The translations under genes and the position numbers were made by a program. A stretch of DNA of 64,000 nt from Paraspadella gotoi (lineage: Eukaryota > Animalia > Chaetognatha): assembly GCA_051294375.1 (NCBI GenBank), contig CM119263.1, positions 268,019 to 332,018 of the forward strand. Direction: 5' to 3'. Positions 62,067-64,000 of this stretch are shown one piece after another (within the stretch, counting starts at the first letter, position 1; every line of letters begins with the position of its first letter). Under the pieces are notes generated by a model. The model did not search any database, was not told the origin of the DNA, and worked only from the letters and a program-made list of their open reading frames with translations.

Positions 62067-62694
62067 CTTGTTTATATTTTTGAAAGAATTGAGGAAAGAC
62101 CAACTGAATGCATTAATTTACTTTCCCTGAAACGTAAATGATGCGTAAATGATTTGAACCAATAGAACTTGTATGTAATATGTAAATTTAAAACCTTTCT
62201 ATTTTCATTTTTCTTTTCTTTTCCCAATGATTTATTTCCGTTGTGTTTACGAACTTACCTCGTGTTTGTTCACAAATTGAAGAAAAAGCGATTTCACTTC
62301 GAAGCAAAACAAGAAAACCAATCTATTTTCTTTCGTAAATGGAATTTTATCAAAAATGGAAAAAAAAACTTGCGGTTCCATGTTAAATATATCGTCTTTT
62401 TTACTAGAAGATGGAACAAGATCGGAGACAAAAACCAGTGGCTGCTTCGATACACGTAAACCACTAAACATTTATGCGTTTTACAAACTTTTGAACATTA
62501 AAATCGTTCTCTTCTTCATCATATGAATTGAATAAAAACACTCTGACAAGAGTTAATTCTTAAAAAATTTAATATCATAATGGCAATGAAAAAAAAGAAT
62601 GATTTTAAAAATTAACATTTGCAGGCGTAAGTACAATCGATAAAGATATTTATGAACAAACTAGTAGTAAAATACATCAAAATACGGCCGACGT

Positions 62695-62890
62695 ACAACC
62701 TTACATAATAACAATAACCTTACATAATAACAACCTTACATAATTAAAAAAACTGCCCTCAATGACAATGTGTTCCTTTTGGTGGCCGATTAAAAAAGTT
62801 AAATAAAAAAATAAAAAAAGAAAGAATCGAGATCCGAGGATTCGGTTCCATCGATTTGGTTCCATCGTTTTGGTTCCATCGTGGACATCG
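62695..62890 (+). repeat. Two short tandem repeats: aaccttacataataac x3 and ggttccatcg(a/t)ttt x3
   Basis: Directly visible at ~62695-62745 and ~62844-62882. Confidence 0.8.
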
Positions 62891-63296
62891 ATTGACACGA
62901 CGCGACCCTTGACAACTTTTTTTCTTGAGGTCCCCAAAAAGGAAATGTCGCCGCACGATCTTGAAAAAAAATGAAAGAAAAATAAGATATGAATGAGATT
63001 ATTAAAGTGTTACTATCTACGATATTCTTCGATTCTACTTATTATTTTATCATTACGTATAAAATGCTTAGATTTTTTTTTCAAAATAATCAGCAATCTT
63101 AATAAGTTTTTTTCAATTTAGATTAAACTTGCTGTAAAATTTTTTTCAAAATATTTCGTTATTTATTATTAAGTAATAAGTATTAATTATTAGTTCGGCA
63201 AATTGCCACAATAAAACTAGAACATTTCTTTGTTCACTTAATTTAGTTTCGTAGTGACCTCAAACCCCATGAGGCCAAAAAGATGACGGCAACCAG

Positions 63297-63344
<48 letters not shown>

Positions 63345-63609
63345 AACAACGACGACGATGATGAAAGTCATAAAGATGATATGATCGAAATGACGCCAAC
63401 GTATGACAAGATTATGATTTTCTTTTCTATTTCTTAGACTTAGATATTATGGAGAAAAATCGATATATATATTTACTTACATCTTGTTAAAATCGTTATC
63501 TTCCTTGTTTTAAATGTCCCCAAGAATAAAGAATCTTTAGGACAAAGTACAAAGTAATAAAGTAAAAAATCTTAAAAGCATAAAGATCGAGCCGCTTTCA
63601 GATAGTAAC

Positions 63610-63845
63610 CATTGATTGCAGATTGATATAACAAATATTTGATGCGATGATAACCAAATATTGACGCGGTGATAACCAATAATTGATGCGATGTGATTAA
63701 CAAATGACTGATGTGATGATAATCAAATGATTGAGCGCGATTGATAGTCATTCATTGATATTGATGATAATCATTCATTGATACGATGATAGTCATTCAT
63801 TGATGCGATGATAGTGATTCATTGACGCGCTGAATCATTCATCGT
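63610..63845 (+). repeat. Degenerate ~21-bp minisatellite x~10 (attgatgcgatgatagtcattc)
   Basis: ttga(t/c)gcg(a/g)tgata recurs, and the linker drifts from accaaat to gtcattc along the array. Confidence 0.85.
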
Positions 63846-63874
63846 AAATAAAACAAACAAATGCGTGTATGAGT

Positions 63875-63921
<47 letters not shown>

Positions 63922-64000
63922 AGGAGAGGAGAGAGAGAGAGAGAGAGAGAGGGCTGGACAGTTTTCCCGCCAACGAAACGCATTATTAGGTCTCTCTCGT

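Overview
This is eukaryotic, AT-rich, gene-poor DNA, probably from an insect or other arthropod. It is dense in (AG/CT)n, (GAC/GAT)n, (AAT)n and (GAAA)n microsatellites. I cannot support any confident protein-coding gene, rRNA, tRNA or CRISPR array, and nearly all listed ORFs are microsatellite translations. The centre holds three versions of one block separated by 25-N gaps: A (~12190-26180), B (26206-35378, matching ~17040-26180) and C (35404-47973). These are most likely assembly or haplotype redundancy. Comparing them shows a 1.42-kb TIR element with an 8-bp target-site duplication (TSD) that is present in A and B and cleanly absent in C. Nested inside it is a 2.3-mer of a ~335-bp unit. 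Dispersed relatives of that unit share a fixed 3' end, vary at the 5' end and carry a hammerhead-ribozyme-like (Penelope/retrozyme-type) arrangement with a non-canonical core; this is the best candidate for something new. Also present are a second long-TIR hAT-like MITE, a DINE-1/HINE-like family, SINE-like relics, several minisatellites, two possible coding relics and a diverged inverted pair of unique-looking motif blocks 38 kb apart.
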